Made by a program: the position numbers and the translations under genes
Notes under the pieces: generated by a model
What the model was told of the DNA's origin: nothing
The model's database searches: none
What the model saw: only the letters and a program-made list of their open reading frames with translations
Assembly (NCBI GenBank): GCA_034439715.1
Contig: JAWXAY010000100.1
Location: forward strand, 32,001-96,000
Reading direction: 5' to 3'
DNA: 64,000 bases
Origin: Pseudomonadota bacterium
Lineage (GTDB): Bacteria > Bdellovibrionota > Bdellovibrionia > Bdellovibrionales > SG-bin7
Part shown: one piece after another, positions 29,717-40,076 of the stretch
Layout: every line of letters starts with the position of its first letter
Numbering within the stretch: the first letter of the stretch is position 1

Positions 29717-30117
29717 TGAATTGTGGGGACCACCGAGAATTTCATCTCATTTTTATCGCCATTAGACGAACCTACGGTAATTTCTGCTTCACCCCCATCA
29801 AGAGCAAAAATCTGAGGGGTAGAAATAATTTTTTTCTTACCATCTATCGTCTGACTTATGACGAAATTCATATTGATGCCTGCGATTGCGTCGACCTTTG
29901 TTTGTTTGGCATGAACTTCAATAAAGGTCTCATTGAACTCATTTATTTCTGTCGCGCGCTGCGAGATCATAGCTTTTTCTCCATCTAAAACCACGACGAC
30001 GGGAGCAGACACATCTCGACCATCGATCGTAAGTTTCATGTCAAGTTTTATCGATTTTGTCGCAGAAAACGCAAAGGAAGACGCAAAAAGAACGGCTAAA
30101 GTTAAAATATGTTTCAT
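29713..30117 (-). CDS. Secreted protein with a duplicated secretin-like beta motif
   Basis: SD GGAGG, signal peptide; SAPVVVVLDGEKAMI / STPQIFALDGGEAEI repeat. Confidence 0.65.
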   Translation of the reverse strand: MKHILTLAVLFASSFAFSATKSIKLDMKLTIDGRDVSAPVVVVLDGEKAMISQRATEINEFNETFIEVHAKQTKVDAIAGINMNFVISQTIDGKKKIISTPQIFALDGGEAEITVGSSNGDKNEMKFSVVPTIQ

Positions 30118-30218
30118 AGGGCCTCCGACTTATGATTGTCCGAATTGCACTAAGCTATTGTCAACAACGATCTTTATTAGTACAGTGAATGTTCTATCTT
30201 TTAGGGGAGCTATCACTA

Positions 30219-31007
30219 GTGCCAGCCGTTTTCATAGGTCACGGATCGCCCGCCATCGCTCTTGAGAAAGACGAATTTAACAGCAGTCTCCTAAAATTTT
30301 TTTCAAATTTAAAGCCCATGCCCAAAGCAATAATTGCACTTTCAGCCCACTGGCTGACCCAGGGAAATGAAATTCTAGTAACTGGTAAGTCTCAACTGAA
30401 CAGCATATACGACTTCTTTGGTTTTCCGGCCCCGCTTTATGATTTAAAGTACGAACCACAGGGAGATTTTCAGCTGGCCGAAAAAATTCAGGCAGAATTA
30501 GAAAAAAACGGGTTCGAGTGTAGTATAGATTTTAATCGCGGAATTGATCATGGCGTTTGGATACCACTATTAATTGGTAGACCACAGTGTGATTTTTCAG
30601 TTGTTGAGGTTTCTATACCAAATACCGACGATGCGAAAATACACTTTAAATTGGGTCAGTCGTTGGGAGCGCTATTAACAGACGAGGTTCTGTTACTTGG
30701 CAGTGGCAACTTAATTCATAATTTAGGAGAGGTATATTGGGATGAACCTCGTGGCGAGCCAATTCCGTGGGCTCAAGATTTTGAAAATTGGTTTTTTGAC
30801 ACCCTTAAAACTGGTGATTGGGAAAAATTATTTAATTGGCGACAAGAGGTCAGCGACCCGTCAAGAATTCATCCCAGTCCTGAACATTTTTACCCTGTAT
30901 TTTCGGTGTTGGGTGCTTGTCAAAAACGAGAATCCTTAAAATTCATTTATCAGGGCTTTCATAATCGCTCGGTCTCCATGACCAGCTTTAGTTTTGATTT
31001 AGTTTAA
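30219..31007 (+). CDS. DODA-type (class III) extradiol ring-cleavage dioxygenase, YgiD-like
   Basis: FIGHGSP, SAHW, YDFFGFP, DHGVW.PL, GSGN..HNL, HP.PEH. Confidence 0.92.
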   Translation: MPAVFIGHGSPAIALEKDEFNSSLLKFFSNLKPMPKAIIALSAHWLTQGNEILVTGKSQLNSIYDFFGFPAPLYDLKYEPQGDFQLAEKIQAELEKNGFECSIDFNRGIDHGVWIPLLIGRPQCDFSVVEVSIPNTDDAKIHFKLGQSLGALLTDEVLLLGSGNLIHNLGEVYWDEPRGEPIPWAQDFENWFFDTLKTGDWEKLFNWRQEVSDPSRIHPSPEHFYPVFSVLGACQKRESLKFIYQGFHNRSVSMTSFSFDLV

Positions 31008-31490
31008 TTCGTCGTAGCCAAAAATGCTAATTTTGGGTTCTTGCAGGGTTTCGTCGGTATAATTTATTTGCCACATTAGGCGACCCATGGTGTTCCGATA
31101 GATAAACCATTGTTGGCTAAAGGAAATAATTTTATTGCCATCGATTAATTTGCCATAGGTCTTAACATAAAGTTGGCGATCCTTACATTGGGCGACTTCA
31201 TAAACATCTTTGTAAAGGGCACCCAAATCTTTTGGTTGGGGATGCCCACTAGCTATTAGCTTCCAGTTCCAAACAGGTCCGTTTACCGAGGGCATCACGA
31301 GATTATAGACTTTATCGTCGCCTAACATATGCGTAGATATTTGCAGTTCGGCAGCTGTGGTCGATGGATACGTCTGCTTAAACTTTCCTTCAACATTGGG
31401 GCAAGTGTGGTCCGAAGTAAAGGCCGAAGAAAAAAACAGTGGAACAAAACCAAAAGTAACTACGACCATTGCGTTTTTTAATAGATTCAT
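30999..31490 (-). CDS. Secreted hypothetical protein
   Basis: SD AAGGAG before MNLLKN; signal peptide; CP...G.F. Confidence 0.6.
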   Translation of the reverse strand: MNLLKNAMVVVTFGFVPLFFSSAFTSDHTCPNVEGKFKQTYPSTTAAELQISTHMLGDDKVYNLVMPSVNGPVWNWKLIASGHPQPKDLGALYKDVYEVAQCKDRQLYVKTYGKLIDGNKIISFSQQWFIYRNTMGRLMWQINYTDETLQEPKISIFGYDELN

Positions 31491-31700
31491 ATTGATCTCC
31501 TTCTGTGAATTAGACAACCATTTTATAGTTGAGATTTAGTAGACTTTCACTCTAGAACTGGCTATTAGTGCGCGTCGTTATGATGGGGCAAGATACCCCG
31601 AAATGCCTTCAAGTCCTGGATTTTACTTGCCACAAATCCAGCTCACTTGGCATGATGAGCGGTGGCATCTACTTAATTTGGCCCTTGGGAGGAATTACTA

Positions 31701-33236
31701 GTGAGAGCAAGAATCACTGCTAAATATAAAGATAAAAAATTTTTTGGTCATCCGGCAGGACTTTGTATTTTATTTTGTGCCGAGATGTGGGAGCGAATGT
31801 CTTTCTATGGAATGAGAGCCTTGCTTGTTCTTTATATGGTAAAATATTTGTTTGTTGATCCCACCCGAATGGCAAATGTACTAGGATTCGATACATTAAG
31901 GTATATTCTTGAAACTGGATTTGGCCCACTTGAAAATCAGCCTTTTGCGTCGCACATTTACGGTCTCTATACTGGATTTGTTTATCTATCGCCTTTTTTT
32001 GGTGGGATTCTTGCTGACAAGATTTGGGGTAAACGAAAAAGTGTATATGTTGGTGGCGCATTAATGGCAATTGGTCACTTTTTAATGGCTTTTGAAAGTC
32101 TTTTTATTCCGGCCCTGTTCTTTTTGATTTTAGGTAATGGTGCTTTTAAACCAAATATCTCAACTCAGGTTGGTGCATTGTACAAAGCAGGGGACTCTCG
32201 TCGAGATGGAGCCTTTACAATATTCTATATGGGTATAAATCTCGGGGCTTTCTTCTCTCCATTCTTATGTAAAAACTTTGCTGTAAAGCTTTGTGAGTGG
32301 CTGGGTATTACAGATCCAGGTGCTCCGTGGCATCTTGGTTTTGCCCTTGCAGGAATTGGGATGCTTATTGGACTTTTTACTTATCACATCGGTCGTGGGC
32401 TGCTGCCTGAAGAAAACCTAACGACTCTCGCTCCTACGCCTAAGCGAAATCCCATATTATTAAAAACTGTTGGCGGACTCTTGGCTACCATGGCCGGCTT
32501 TTTAGCAATTCTTATGCTACCCGTTAAATATAAGGTTATAATTATTGTCGCAACGGTCGCTGGAATTATTTATTCTATTAAGAGAATTGCAGATGCCGGT
32601 GATCGCGCTAAAGTAGGAGCGCTCGTAACACTGTGTACGGCTACGATTTTTTTCTGGGCGATATTTGAACAGCAGGGCAATGCACTGCAGATTTGGGCAG
32701 ATGAAAAGGCTGATTGGGCAAGACTTGGTTTGGAAGCAGAAAATTATCAATCACTTAATCCATTTTTTATTTTCTTATTTGCCCCACTTCTAGATATGTG
32801 GTGGACCTTTCGGGCCACAAAGGGCGCTAGATCAAGTTCAATGCGTAAAATGGCCGTTGGCTCAAGCTTAGCTGGTGCGGCTTTTCTCATTATTCCGTTG
32901 GCTACAAATTTCATTACAATTGATAAATCTTTAACAAATATGTTCTGGCTAGCACTAACAACATGGATGTTCACTATGGGTGAACTTTATCTTTCACCAA
33001 TTGGCCTCAGTTTTGTTACAAAAGTCGCGCCGGTCAGGCTTATGTCAATGATGATGGGCATGTGGTTTGTGTCGTCATTTATTGGTAATTATTTAGCAGG
33101 GTATTTGGGGACATTTTACAGTACCATGTCACAGACAAATTTTTTCATGCTCTTTGCAGTAATGGGTTTTGTAATCGGTGTGTTTTTCTTTATCTCGGAA
33201 AAGAAAATTCAAGGTATTGTAGGAAACGACGTTTAA
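31701..33236 (+). CDS. POT/PTR proton-dependent oligopeptide transporter
   Basis: FFGHP, EMWERMSFYGM (ExxER), FYMGINLGAF, GELYLSPIGLS. Confidence 0.95.
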   Translation: MRARITAKYKDKKFFGHPAGLCILFCAEMWERMSFYGMRALLVLYMVKYLFVDPTRMANVLGFDTLRYILETGFGPLENQPFASHIYGLYTGFVYLSPFFGGILADKIWGKRKSVYVGGALMAIGHFLMAFESLFIPALFFLILGNGAFKPNISTQVGALYKAGDSRRDGAFTIFYMGINLGAFFSPFLCKNFAVKLCEWLGITDPGAPWHLGFALAGIGMLIGLFTYHIGRGLLPEENLTTLAPTPKRNPILLKTVGGLLATMAGFLAILMLPVKYKVIIIVATVAGIIYSIKRIADAGDRAKVGALVTLCTATIFFWAIFEQQGNALQIWADEKADWARLGLEAENYQSLNPFFIFLFAPLLDMWWTFRATKGARSSSMRKMAVGSSLAGAAFLIIPLATNFITIDKSLTNMFWLALTTWMFTMGELYLSPIGLSFVTKVAPVRLMSMMMGMWFVSSFIGNYLAGYLGTFYSTMSQTNFFMLFAVMGFVIGVFFFISEKKIQGIVGNDV

Positions 33237-33923
33237 TTGGAAATACGCCTCATGCAGTCAAAAGAATATTGGGATAAATACTATCAGGATTCACCTTTTC
33301 TAACCGGAAAGGCACCGCTTAAATTTTTGGTAGATATGTTCCCACGTTTGCAAAAAGGAAAGGTCTTAGACATTGGCATGGGTGAGGGTGCTAACGCCGT
33401 TTATCTGGCGCAAAAAGGCATGACAGTTAAGGGAGTGGATGTTTCGACTGTGGCCGTAGAGCGCGCCAATCAGTTGGCTCGAGATACTGGTGTGAGTATT
33501 GAGGCTAAGGCAACAGACCTTGATTTGTTTTTAATGGGGCTTATGGAGTATGACAGCATTATTATGACTTTTTTTAAACCATCGGTTTCCCGTTACTATT
33601 CCGAAATTATTCGGGCGCTCAAGCAAGGCGGAATGCTATTGGTTCACTCTTACATGATAGAAGAAATGAAAGTACCCATGGCGGCGGAGGACTATCGAAA
33701 TTTTTATTTTCATACGAATGAATTGTTAAGAGGCCTTCAGGGCCTCCAGATATTTTACTATAATGAAAGCGAAATTGACGGCAAATCTTGTGTGCAGTGC
33801 TTAGCTCGCAAGCCACTCGACAAGGATGCCGCTAAATATAATCTTTTTAATATGCAGTCGGCTCAAGAAAAACCAAAATCTACTCAGCGAGATCTCGCAG
33901 AGACACTGTTTAAGAAAAAATGA
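33237..33923 (+). CDS. Class I SAM-dependent methyltransferase (TehB-like)
   Basis: VLDIGMGEGANA.YLA, GVDVS, LKQGG. Confidence 0.85.
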   Translation: MEIRLMQSKEYWDKYYQDSPFLTGKAPLKFLVDMFPRLQKGKVLDIGMGEGANAVYLAQKGMTVKGVDVSTVAVERANQLARDTGVSIEAKATDLDLFLMGLMEYDSIIMTFFKPSVSRYYSEIIRALKQGGMLLVHSYMIEEMKVPMAAEDYRNFYFHTNELLRGLQGLQIFYYNESEIDGKSCVQCLARKPLDKDAAKYNLFNMQSAQEKPKSTQRDLAETLFKKK

Positions 33924-34639
33924 AACTCACTCACTGCCAAAAAAAAATTAAAAGTGTTGCCAGCCCTAGAAAGGGAATATTTCTGCAGCGTTTTTTCAAA
34001 ACAGGCAAAGGTCAGTATGGCTACGGCGATAAGTTTTTGGGGATTACAGTTCCAGTAATTAGACAAATTGCTAAAGAGTTTATGGATTTAAAGTTAGATG
34101 ATGTGGTGAAGTTACTAAAGTCGATTTGGCACGAAGAAAGACTTCTGGCGCTAATTATGCTAACGATGAGGTATGAACAGGCGGACCGCATGGGCCGCGT
34201 AAAAATTTATAAGACGTACTTCTCGAATCTGAGGTTTGTTAATAATTGGGATCTCGTCGATGCCACCACCCCTAATGTAGTTGGCAGACATATGTTTGAA
34301 GTTTTGGGTTTAAAAAAATCGAGACCCCTTCTGACAAAGCTCGCGCGATCCAAAATACTATGGGAGCGCCGAATTGCCGTGCTTGCAACGTTTTATTTTT
34401 TGAGACAAAAGCATTTTGCTGAGACTCTTCGATTGGCTGATCTACTTTTAAATGACAAAGAAGATCTAATGCACAAAGCAGTGGGTTGGATGTTGCGTGA
34501 AGTTGGCAAGCGTGACGAAAAGGTCTTAAAGGCTTTTCTCAAAAAGCGGTACGCAAAAATGCCGCGCACGATGCTGCGTTATTCTATCGAAAAATTTTCT
34601 AAAGTATTGAGGCAAAAGTACCTCTCTGGCCTCGTCTAA
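33920..34639 (+). CDS. DNA alkylation repair protein (AlkD-like HEAT-repeat glycosylase)
   Basis: RFFKTGKGQYG, NNWDLVD, LWERR, HKAVGWMLRE.GKR. Confidence 0.9.
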   Translation: MKLTHCQKKIKSVASPRKGIFLQRFFKTGKGQYGYGDKFLGITVPVIRQIAKEFMDLKLDDVVKLLKSIWHEERLLALIMLTMRYEQADRMGRVKIYKTYFSNLRFVNNWDLVDATTPNVVGRHMFEVLGLKKSRPLLTKLARSKILWERRIAVLATFYFLRQKHFAETLRLADLLLNDKEDLMHKAVGWMLREVGKRDEKVLKAFLKKRYAKMPRTMLRYSIEKFSKVLRQKYLSGLV

Positions 34640-34647
34640 AAGTATGT

Positions 34648-34782
34648 TTAGTGAGGAAATAGCATTTTCAAAAAGGCAGCACCTACGCCGATTGTCACAA
34701 CTGGTCCACATAACAAATTAATGTAGACGAACAACATAAACGAAAAGCCTAAAATCATTCTTACAGTACTTCTCAAGGTCAT
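34648..34782 (-). CDS. Small hydrophobic protein (44 aa), absent from the ORF track
   Basis: GGAGG SD upstream of ATG 34782; MTLRSTVRMILGFSFMLFVYINLLCGPVVTIGVGAAFLKMLFPH; fills an intergenic gap. Confidence 0.6.
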   Translation of the reverse strand: MTLRSTVRMILGFSFMLFVYINLLCGPVVTIGVGAAFLKMLFPH

Positions 34783-34929
34783 GGCCGCCCCTCCATGCCC
34801 TAAATTTGCTAGGTATTGCTGCCCTAGTCAAGCTGTGCTAGCCCTCTGACCCCACAAAATATGCCATTCAAAAGAGCAGTAGGCGCAAGGCACTTGAGTA
34901 AATTTGTGAATAGGGTATTTACTCGTCAA

Positions 34930-35640
34930 ATGCTGAATCAACTCCAAATTATCCTATCGCAACCCACTTACCCCGCTAACATTGGGGCAGTCGCACGGGC
35001 TTGCGCTAATTTTGGTGCAGAGAATCTCATTCTCGTTTCACCCAAATGTGATATCGATGTGAGTGACGCTCGAAAATTTGCTACATTTCACGGTAAAAAA
35101 ATACTGCTTAACGCACGTGTCGAAAATAGTTTAGTCAGTGTCTTGAGCGCCTCTCGTGCCGTAGTAGGCTTTACTGCCAGAGTTGGAACCGCACGTGTGC
35201 CAACGATTGCTGTCGGTCAGATCGGCAATTTTTTAAAAGGGGGTGTTGCGACTTCTCTTCTATTTGGAAACGAAGAAAATGGTTTAGATTCCCACGATAT
35301 TTCTCTATGCACTCATGTCTGCCAGATTCCAACGGTAAGGGAGCATGGCGCAATTAACTTAAGTCACGCTGTTGCGATAGTATTGTCTCGAGTATTTGAA
35401 GATGTCAGTGGGCTATCGCCCGAGAAAAGATTTGTCTTAGAACTTGCGAGCCAAAGTGAACTCCAAGTATTGGCTAAAAAAGTAAAGGGTCACTTTCAGA
35501 TTGAAGATGAACTCTCCGCACGAATTGAACGGATGATAAAGAAGGCCAACTTTACTTCGTCAGAGGTTCGATTAATTTATTTTTTGTTAGGGAAGGCCAA
35601 TGCTTTTAAAGTCTCAGAAAACACTAGTTTAAGTAGGTAA
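34930..35640 (+). CDS. SPOUT RNA methyltransferase, TrmJ/LasT-like
   Basis: P.YPANIGAVARA..NFG, LLFGNEENGL, INLSHAV. Confidence 0.88.
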   Translation: MLNQLQIILSQPTYPANIGAVARACANFGAENLILVSPKCDIDVSDARKFATFHGKKILLNARVENSLVSVLSASRAVVGFTARVGTARVPTIAVGQIGNFLKGGVATSLLFGNEENGLDSHDISLCTHVCQIPTVREHGAINLSHAVAIVLSRVFEDVSGLSPEKRFVLELASQSELQVLAKKVKGHFQIEDELSARIERMIKKANFTSSEVRLIYFLLGKANAFKVSENTSLSR

Positions 35641-35685
35641 TTTCGTCAATAATAGAACGATAATGTTTAAAACCAAAGGAAATCT

Positions 35686-36096
35686 ATGAAAAATTTAATG
35701 GGTTTGATTGCCGCAAGTATTTTATTTTTAGGTTGTGCTCATCACCAAGATGTACGCCCGGGTGCTGAGGGTGTTCATCGTGTTGTTATCCAAACGGATA
35801 ATGAGGACGAGGGAGAAAGAGGTGCTATCAGCCAAGCCAATCACTACTGTAAGGGACTGGGTAAATCCGCTGCGTTTATTGATGAAAATAAAAAGTACAC
35901 CGGAGACATGAGCGAACAAAAATACAAAGATGGCAAAAGACTCAGTAACGTGGCCAAAGTTGCTGGTGGCGCAACCTATGTAATGGGCGGAAGACGAGAA
36001 TCAAATCTCGGTGGAATAGTGGGTCTGGGTGGAGCCGTCGCCGATGCCGCTCTTGGCAAAGCTTATACTGTCGAGATGAAATTTAAGTGCATGTAA
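35686..36096 (+). CDS. Lipoprotein with glycine-zipper-like segment
   Basis: Lipobox FLGC; GGIVGLGGAVA. Confidence 0.75.
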   Translation: MKNLMGLIAASILFLGCAHHQDVRPGAEGVHRVVIQTDNEDEGERGAISQANHYCKGLGKSAAFIDENKKYTGDMSEQKYKDGKRLSNVAKVAGGATYVMGGRRESNLGGIVGLGGAVADAALGKAYTVEMKFKCM

Positions 36097-36203
36097 TATA
36101 AATAAAACCTACTACAATTATATAATTTATTAATTATATTTATAAGTAGGATGGTTATAGAGTTCTTCTGTGAAGAGTGGTAAACCAAAACCCGGAGGTC
36201 GAA

Positions 36204-36470
36204 ATGAAACTACTGATTTTAAATATTTTTGTTACCTTAATGACGTTTGGTCAAGCGCAAGCCGCCGATGGTGATTTTCATTTAAAGGAAATTATTCCCA
36301 CCGCTTACATGACAGAAGAAGATGGATTCAGATTGGCAGAAGGGGTCTTATTCAAAAAAGCCAGTCAAATTTGTGGCAAAATTATTGCGGTTAGAGTTAC
36401 TGACTTTATCGCTTCAAAACCGCATCCTTTTAGTGTTAGCCTTGAGGCTGATTTTCACTGTGGAATTTAG
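36204..36470 (+). CDS. Small secreted hypothetical protein
   Basis: SD GGAGG, signal peptide AQA, two Cys. Confidence 0.65.
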   Translation: MKLLILNIFVTLMTFGQAQAADGDFHLKEIIPTAYMTEEDGFRLAEGVLFKKASQICGKIIAVRVTDFIASKPHPFSVSLEADFHCGI

Positions 36471-36570
36471 CCAGTTGATTCTAAATAAAGCGAACACGAC
36501 CTCACCCTAGGTCACGTCCATAACACAAACTTGTGACCCCTCCTCCTAAAAGAGGACTAAACTGTAATCT

Positions 36571-37773
36571 ATGTCAGCCGCTCTGTTTTCTCGAAAAGAA
36601 AAAAGCCTTATTGCAGTTTGCGCAGTTGTGCAATTTAGTCACATCGTCGACTTTATGGTTATCATGCCTTTGGGTCCAACGCTGATGCGTTTATTCCAAA
36701 TTTCACCTGAGCAGTTTGGCCTTTTAGTATCTAGTTATACCTTTAGTGCTGCCATCAGCAGTTTCTTGGCGTCATTTTTTTTGGATAATATTGATCGCAG
36801 AAAGGCGCTTTTATTTTTCTATTTTGGTTTTGCCTTGGGTACCTTTATGTGCGCCGCTTCTCCCGGTTACTACTGGCTTTTAATCGCACGCTCGATCACG
36901 GGGATTTTTGGTGGGATTTTGACGTCGACCGTACTTTCAATAATAAGTGATACGATAGATTACCAGAGGAGGGGAACCGCACTAGGGTTTGTCATGGGTG
37001 CATTTTCTGTAGCCTCCGTCTTTGGAGTGCCATTCGGATTGTTACTTGCGAACCAAATAAGTTGGCATGCCCCCTTTATATTTTTGGCTACGATTTCAGT
37101 TATGGTTTGGCTGTTAGCGTTTAAAGCAATTCCAACGATGACTGCGCACCTTAAGGGTCCTCATGGTGAGCCTGCTTGGAATTCGATAATACATATTTTT
37201 AAATCTCCGCATCAGATGTGGGCTTTGGTATTTATGTTCTCATTAATTGTGGGCCACTTTACTATTATTCCATTCTTGAGTCCTTCATTTGTCGCCAACG
37301 TGGGTCTTTCTGAAAGTCACTTGGCTTTTGTCTATTTAATTGGTGGTTTGGTTTCCATGATTGCTTCTCCCACCGCTGGTAGACTTTCCGACAAATATGG
37401 CAAAAAGCCGGTGTTCGCAATTTCACTTGTTCTATCTTTGATTCCAATTTTTATTATCACAAATCTTGGGCGTCAGCCGGAGTGGCTACTATTAATAATT
37501 ACCAGTTCCTTTTTTTTGACGATGAGTGGTCGCATGGTGCCAGCAATGGCCATGCTTTCTGCTTCCGCTACACCTAAATATCGCGGAAGTTTTATGAGTA
37601 TCTCAGCTTCGTTTCAACAATTGGCCTCTGGCATTGCCAGTTTTATTGCGGGGCAATTGATCGTGAAAAGTTCTGACGGAACTTTACTTCACTATGATAA
37701 AGCGGGCTATATTGCAGTCGGTTCAAGTTTGGTAGCGCTAGTGATTGTCGGAAAACTTAGGCCTTCAGAATGA
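36571..37773 (+). CDS. MFS transporter (DHA1-like)
   Basis: About 12 TM; D.IDRRK and GRLSDKYGKK motif A. Confidence 0.9.
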   Translation: MSAALFSRKEKSLIAVCAVVQFSHIVDFMVIMPLGPTLMRLFQISPEQFGLLVSSYTFSAAISSFLASFFLDNIDRRKALLFFYFGFALGTFMCAASPGYYWLLIARSITGIFGGILTSTVLSIISDTIDYQRRGTALGFVMGAFSVASVFGVPFGLLLANQISWHAPFIFLATISVMVWLLAFKAIPTMTAHLKGPHGEPAWNSIIHIFKSPHQMWALVFMFSLIVGHFTIIPFLSPSFVANVGLSESHLAFVYLIGGLVSMIASPTAGRLSDKYGKKPVFAISLVLSLIPIFIITNLGRQPEWLLLIITSSFFLTMSGRMVPAMAMLSASATPKYRGSFMSISASFQQLASGIASFIAGQLIVKSSDGTLLHYDKAGYIAVGSSLVALVIVGKLRPSE

Positions 37774-37940
37774 TAAAAACTGTGTATTTTCAATGAGATA
37801 CATGATGTGCTAGATTTTTGTTCCGATTTTAAGATGAATCTGGTACATTGCCCGACAGGTTTAACTTAGTCGCAGATACGAGTCCTTGAGCGTTTTGTTC
37901 CAGTCTCCATCGCGGCACCCCGGCCAAATAAGGAGGCATC

Positions 37941-38273
37941 ATGGGTAAAAAGCTATACGTAGGCAATCTATCATACTCACTCGATTCTGAAGGACTTCAG
38001 AATCTTTTCACTCAATACGGTAACGTTGAGTCAGCGAACGTAATCACAGATCGTGATTCTGGACGCAGCAAAGGTTTCGGTTTTGTTGAAATGTCAACAG
38101 ACGAAGAAGCTAATGCAGCTATCGAAAAACTTAACGGTTCTGAAATTGAAGGACGTAAAGTTACTGTTTCCGAAGCAAAACCCCAAGCTCCACGTACAAA
38201 TCGTGCCGGTGGTGGTTTTAGCAGAGACAACAATCGCCCCAGCGGCGGCGGTTTCGGTAGAAATCGTTACTAG
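37941..38273 (+). CDS. RRM RNA-binding protein with Gly/Arg-rich tail
   Basis: RNP2 LYVGNL, RNP1 KGFGFVEM; SD AAGGAGG. Confidence 0.96.
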   Translation: MGKKLYVGNLSYSLDSEGLQNLFTQYGNVESANVITDRDSGRSKGFGFVEMSTDEEANAAIEKLNGSEIEGRKVTVSEAKPQAPRTNRAGGGFSRDNNRPSGGGFGRNRY

Positions 38274-38312
38274 TTTTTAGTACTTTGCGCGAAATTAAAA
38301 TTTTAGCAATTG

Positions 38313-38344
38313 AAAAAACCATCTTTAAAAAAGATGGTTTTTTT
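38313..38344. terminator. Bidirectional rho-independent terminator
   Basis: Perfect inverted repeat AAAAAACCATCTTT-aaa-AAAGATGGTTTTTT between convergent RRM and helicase genes. Confidence 0.85.
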
Positions 38345-38378
38345 GTATCTACTCTGGTTTAGCACTTTAGTTTAAAAA

Positions 38379-39539
38379 TTAATGCCTGGGGTGATGGGAT
38401 GAGCGAGCGCCCTTCCGCTGATGATTTCTTTCTAAGATATCACCACCTTTAATTTTGTATTTTTGCGCGAGGCTTTGCCAGGCCTTGTAGTCGTTTGGCA
38501 ATAGAAGTGTAATTGCCTCGCCACTGGCACCGGCGCGTGCGGTTCTGCCGACACGGTGAACGTAATCCTCATCGAACATTGGTAAATCATAATTCACAAT
38601 AAGGGCGATGTCGGGTACGTCAATGCCACGTGAGGCAATGTCCGTCGCTACTAGTATACGAAATTTTCCGTCGCGAAAACCTTTTAATGCTTGGTTTCTC
38701 TGGCCCTGTGTTCGACCACCATGAAGTGCAGCAACTGAATATCCGTAGGATAAAAGATGCCTGGCTATTTTATCCGTACGTTTTTGGGTTCTGGCAAAAA
38801 TGATGACTGAGCCTTTTCTAGCATTAAGCTCAATCATTAGCTGGTCATTTTTATTTTCCATCGTAACTCTGATGGCCTTTTGGCGAATTTTATCAACTGG
38901 CTGTGATTCGGGTCCGACCGTAATTGACACTGGTTTAGCAAGATAACTTTCGGCTAACTTTCTGACCTTTGCAGGCATCGTGGCAGAGAAAAGCATAGTT
39001 TGTCGCTGTTTGGGTAAAAATTTTAGAATTTCATTAAGTTGAGGAGCAAATCCCATATCGATCATGCGGTCGCCTTCATCAAGCACCAAAAACTTAGTGT
39101 TTTTTAGCGACAAGTAACCCCGGCGCAAATGATCGTTGAGCCGCCCTGGTGTAGCCACAATGATCCGAGGTCCTCGTCGAAGAGAGTTTACTTGCCGACT
39201 CATGTCAGATCCACCAATTATTAAGGCGTGCGTAAAGCCTGGAATGAAAGAAGTCAAATCTCTGATCACATCGCCAATCTGCTGCGCCAGTTCGCGCGTG
39301 GGTGCCAAAACTAAAGCCGAGGCCTCGAGATTTTCGCTAAGACGGGTAATTATAGGAATACAGTATGCCGCTGTTTTGCCAGAGCCCGTCTGAGCACAAG
39401 CAATAAGATCTTGATATTGAAGAGCCACGGGAATCGTTCGAGCCTGAATTTCGGTGGGCGTAATCCACTCTTGATTGCGAATGGATTTCTCGATCGGCTC
39501 CGGTAGTTTGAAATCAGAAAATTGGATCATTTGACTCAC
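38379..39539 (-). CDS. DEAD/DEAH-box RNA helicase (DEGD variant)
   Basis: PTEIQ, AQTGSGKT, PTRELA, TPGRL, DEGD, SAT, HRVGRTARAG. Confidence 0.95.
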   Translation of the reverse strand: MSQMIQFSDFKLPEPIEKSIRNQEWITPTEIQARTIPVALQYQDLIACAQTGSGKTAAYCIPIITRLSENLEASALVLAPTRELAQQIGDVIRDLTSFIPGFTHALIIGGSDMSRQVNSLRRGPRIIVATPGRLNDHLRRGYLSLKNTKFLVLDEGDRMIDMGFAPQLNEILKFLPKQRQTMLFSATMPAKVRKLAESYLAKPVSITVGPESQPVDKIRQKAIRVTMENKNDQLMIELNARKGSVIIFARTQKRTDKIARHLLSYGYSVAALHGGRTQGQRNQALKGFRDGKFRILVATDIASRGIDVPDIALIVNYDLPMFDEDYVHRVGRTARAGASGEAITLLLPNDYKAWQSLAQKYKIKGGDILERNHQRKGARSSHHPRH

Positions 39540-39613
39540 TCTTAACAGATTTTAAACTTCGGTGATATCAATTTTCTCAAATAACATATAGGGGGGCCCT
39601 AAGAGTAATTTCT

Positions 39614-40066
39614 TCATTTTTTACCTTTTAAGAGGGACTGAATGATTTGGTCAAGTGTAGATAAAAACTGCGAACGATTCATTTTTGTCATCGGTGCAGG
39701 ACCTGTTTTGGTGTCGCCTAGATTTCGTAAGTGTGACATGAGTTCGCGCGTACCAAGGATATCGCCAATATTTTCTTCGGTTAACTCGCGTCCTTTAGGG
39801 CCAAGTACTCGAGCTGCGCGCTTAATGGCCCGATCGGCCAGTAAAAGGTCTGACGTCACGAGAATGTCACCAACGCCAATATTTTCTGCGATCCAGTCGT
39901 CAGCGGCATCAAACGAACCTGACACTACTTGCATTTCAATATTTGCGTCTAAAGGAATTGTCAGAGCTTTGTTGGCCACCAGCTTAACTTTTAACTTATA
40001 TCGGGCCGCTACTTTATAAACTTCGTCTTTAACTGCGCAGCCATCGGCGTCGATGTAAATAATCAT
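39614..40066 (-). CDS. YaiI/YqxD family (DUF188, PIN-like) protein
   Basis: [23 protein letters not shown]. Confidence 0.9.
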   Translation of the reverse strand: MIIYIDADGCAVKDEVYKVAARYKLKVKLVANKALTIPLDANIEMQVVSGSFDAADDWIAENIGVGDILVTSDLLLADRAIKRAARVLGPKGRELTEENIGDILGTRELMSHLRNLGDTKTGPAPMTKMNRSQFLSTLDQIIQSLLKGKK

Positions 40067-40076
40067 ATTTGAAAAT

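Noticed and set aside
36097..36150. Very AT-rich imperfect palindrome (CCTACT...AGTAGG)
   Set aside because: Could be a terminator or operator, but low complexity makes chance symmetry likely
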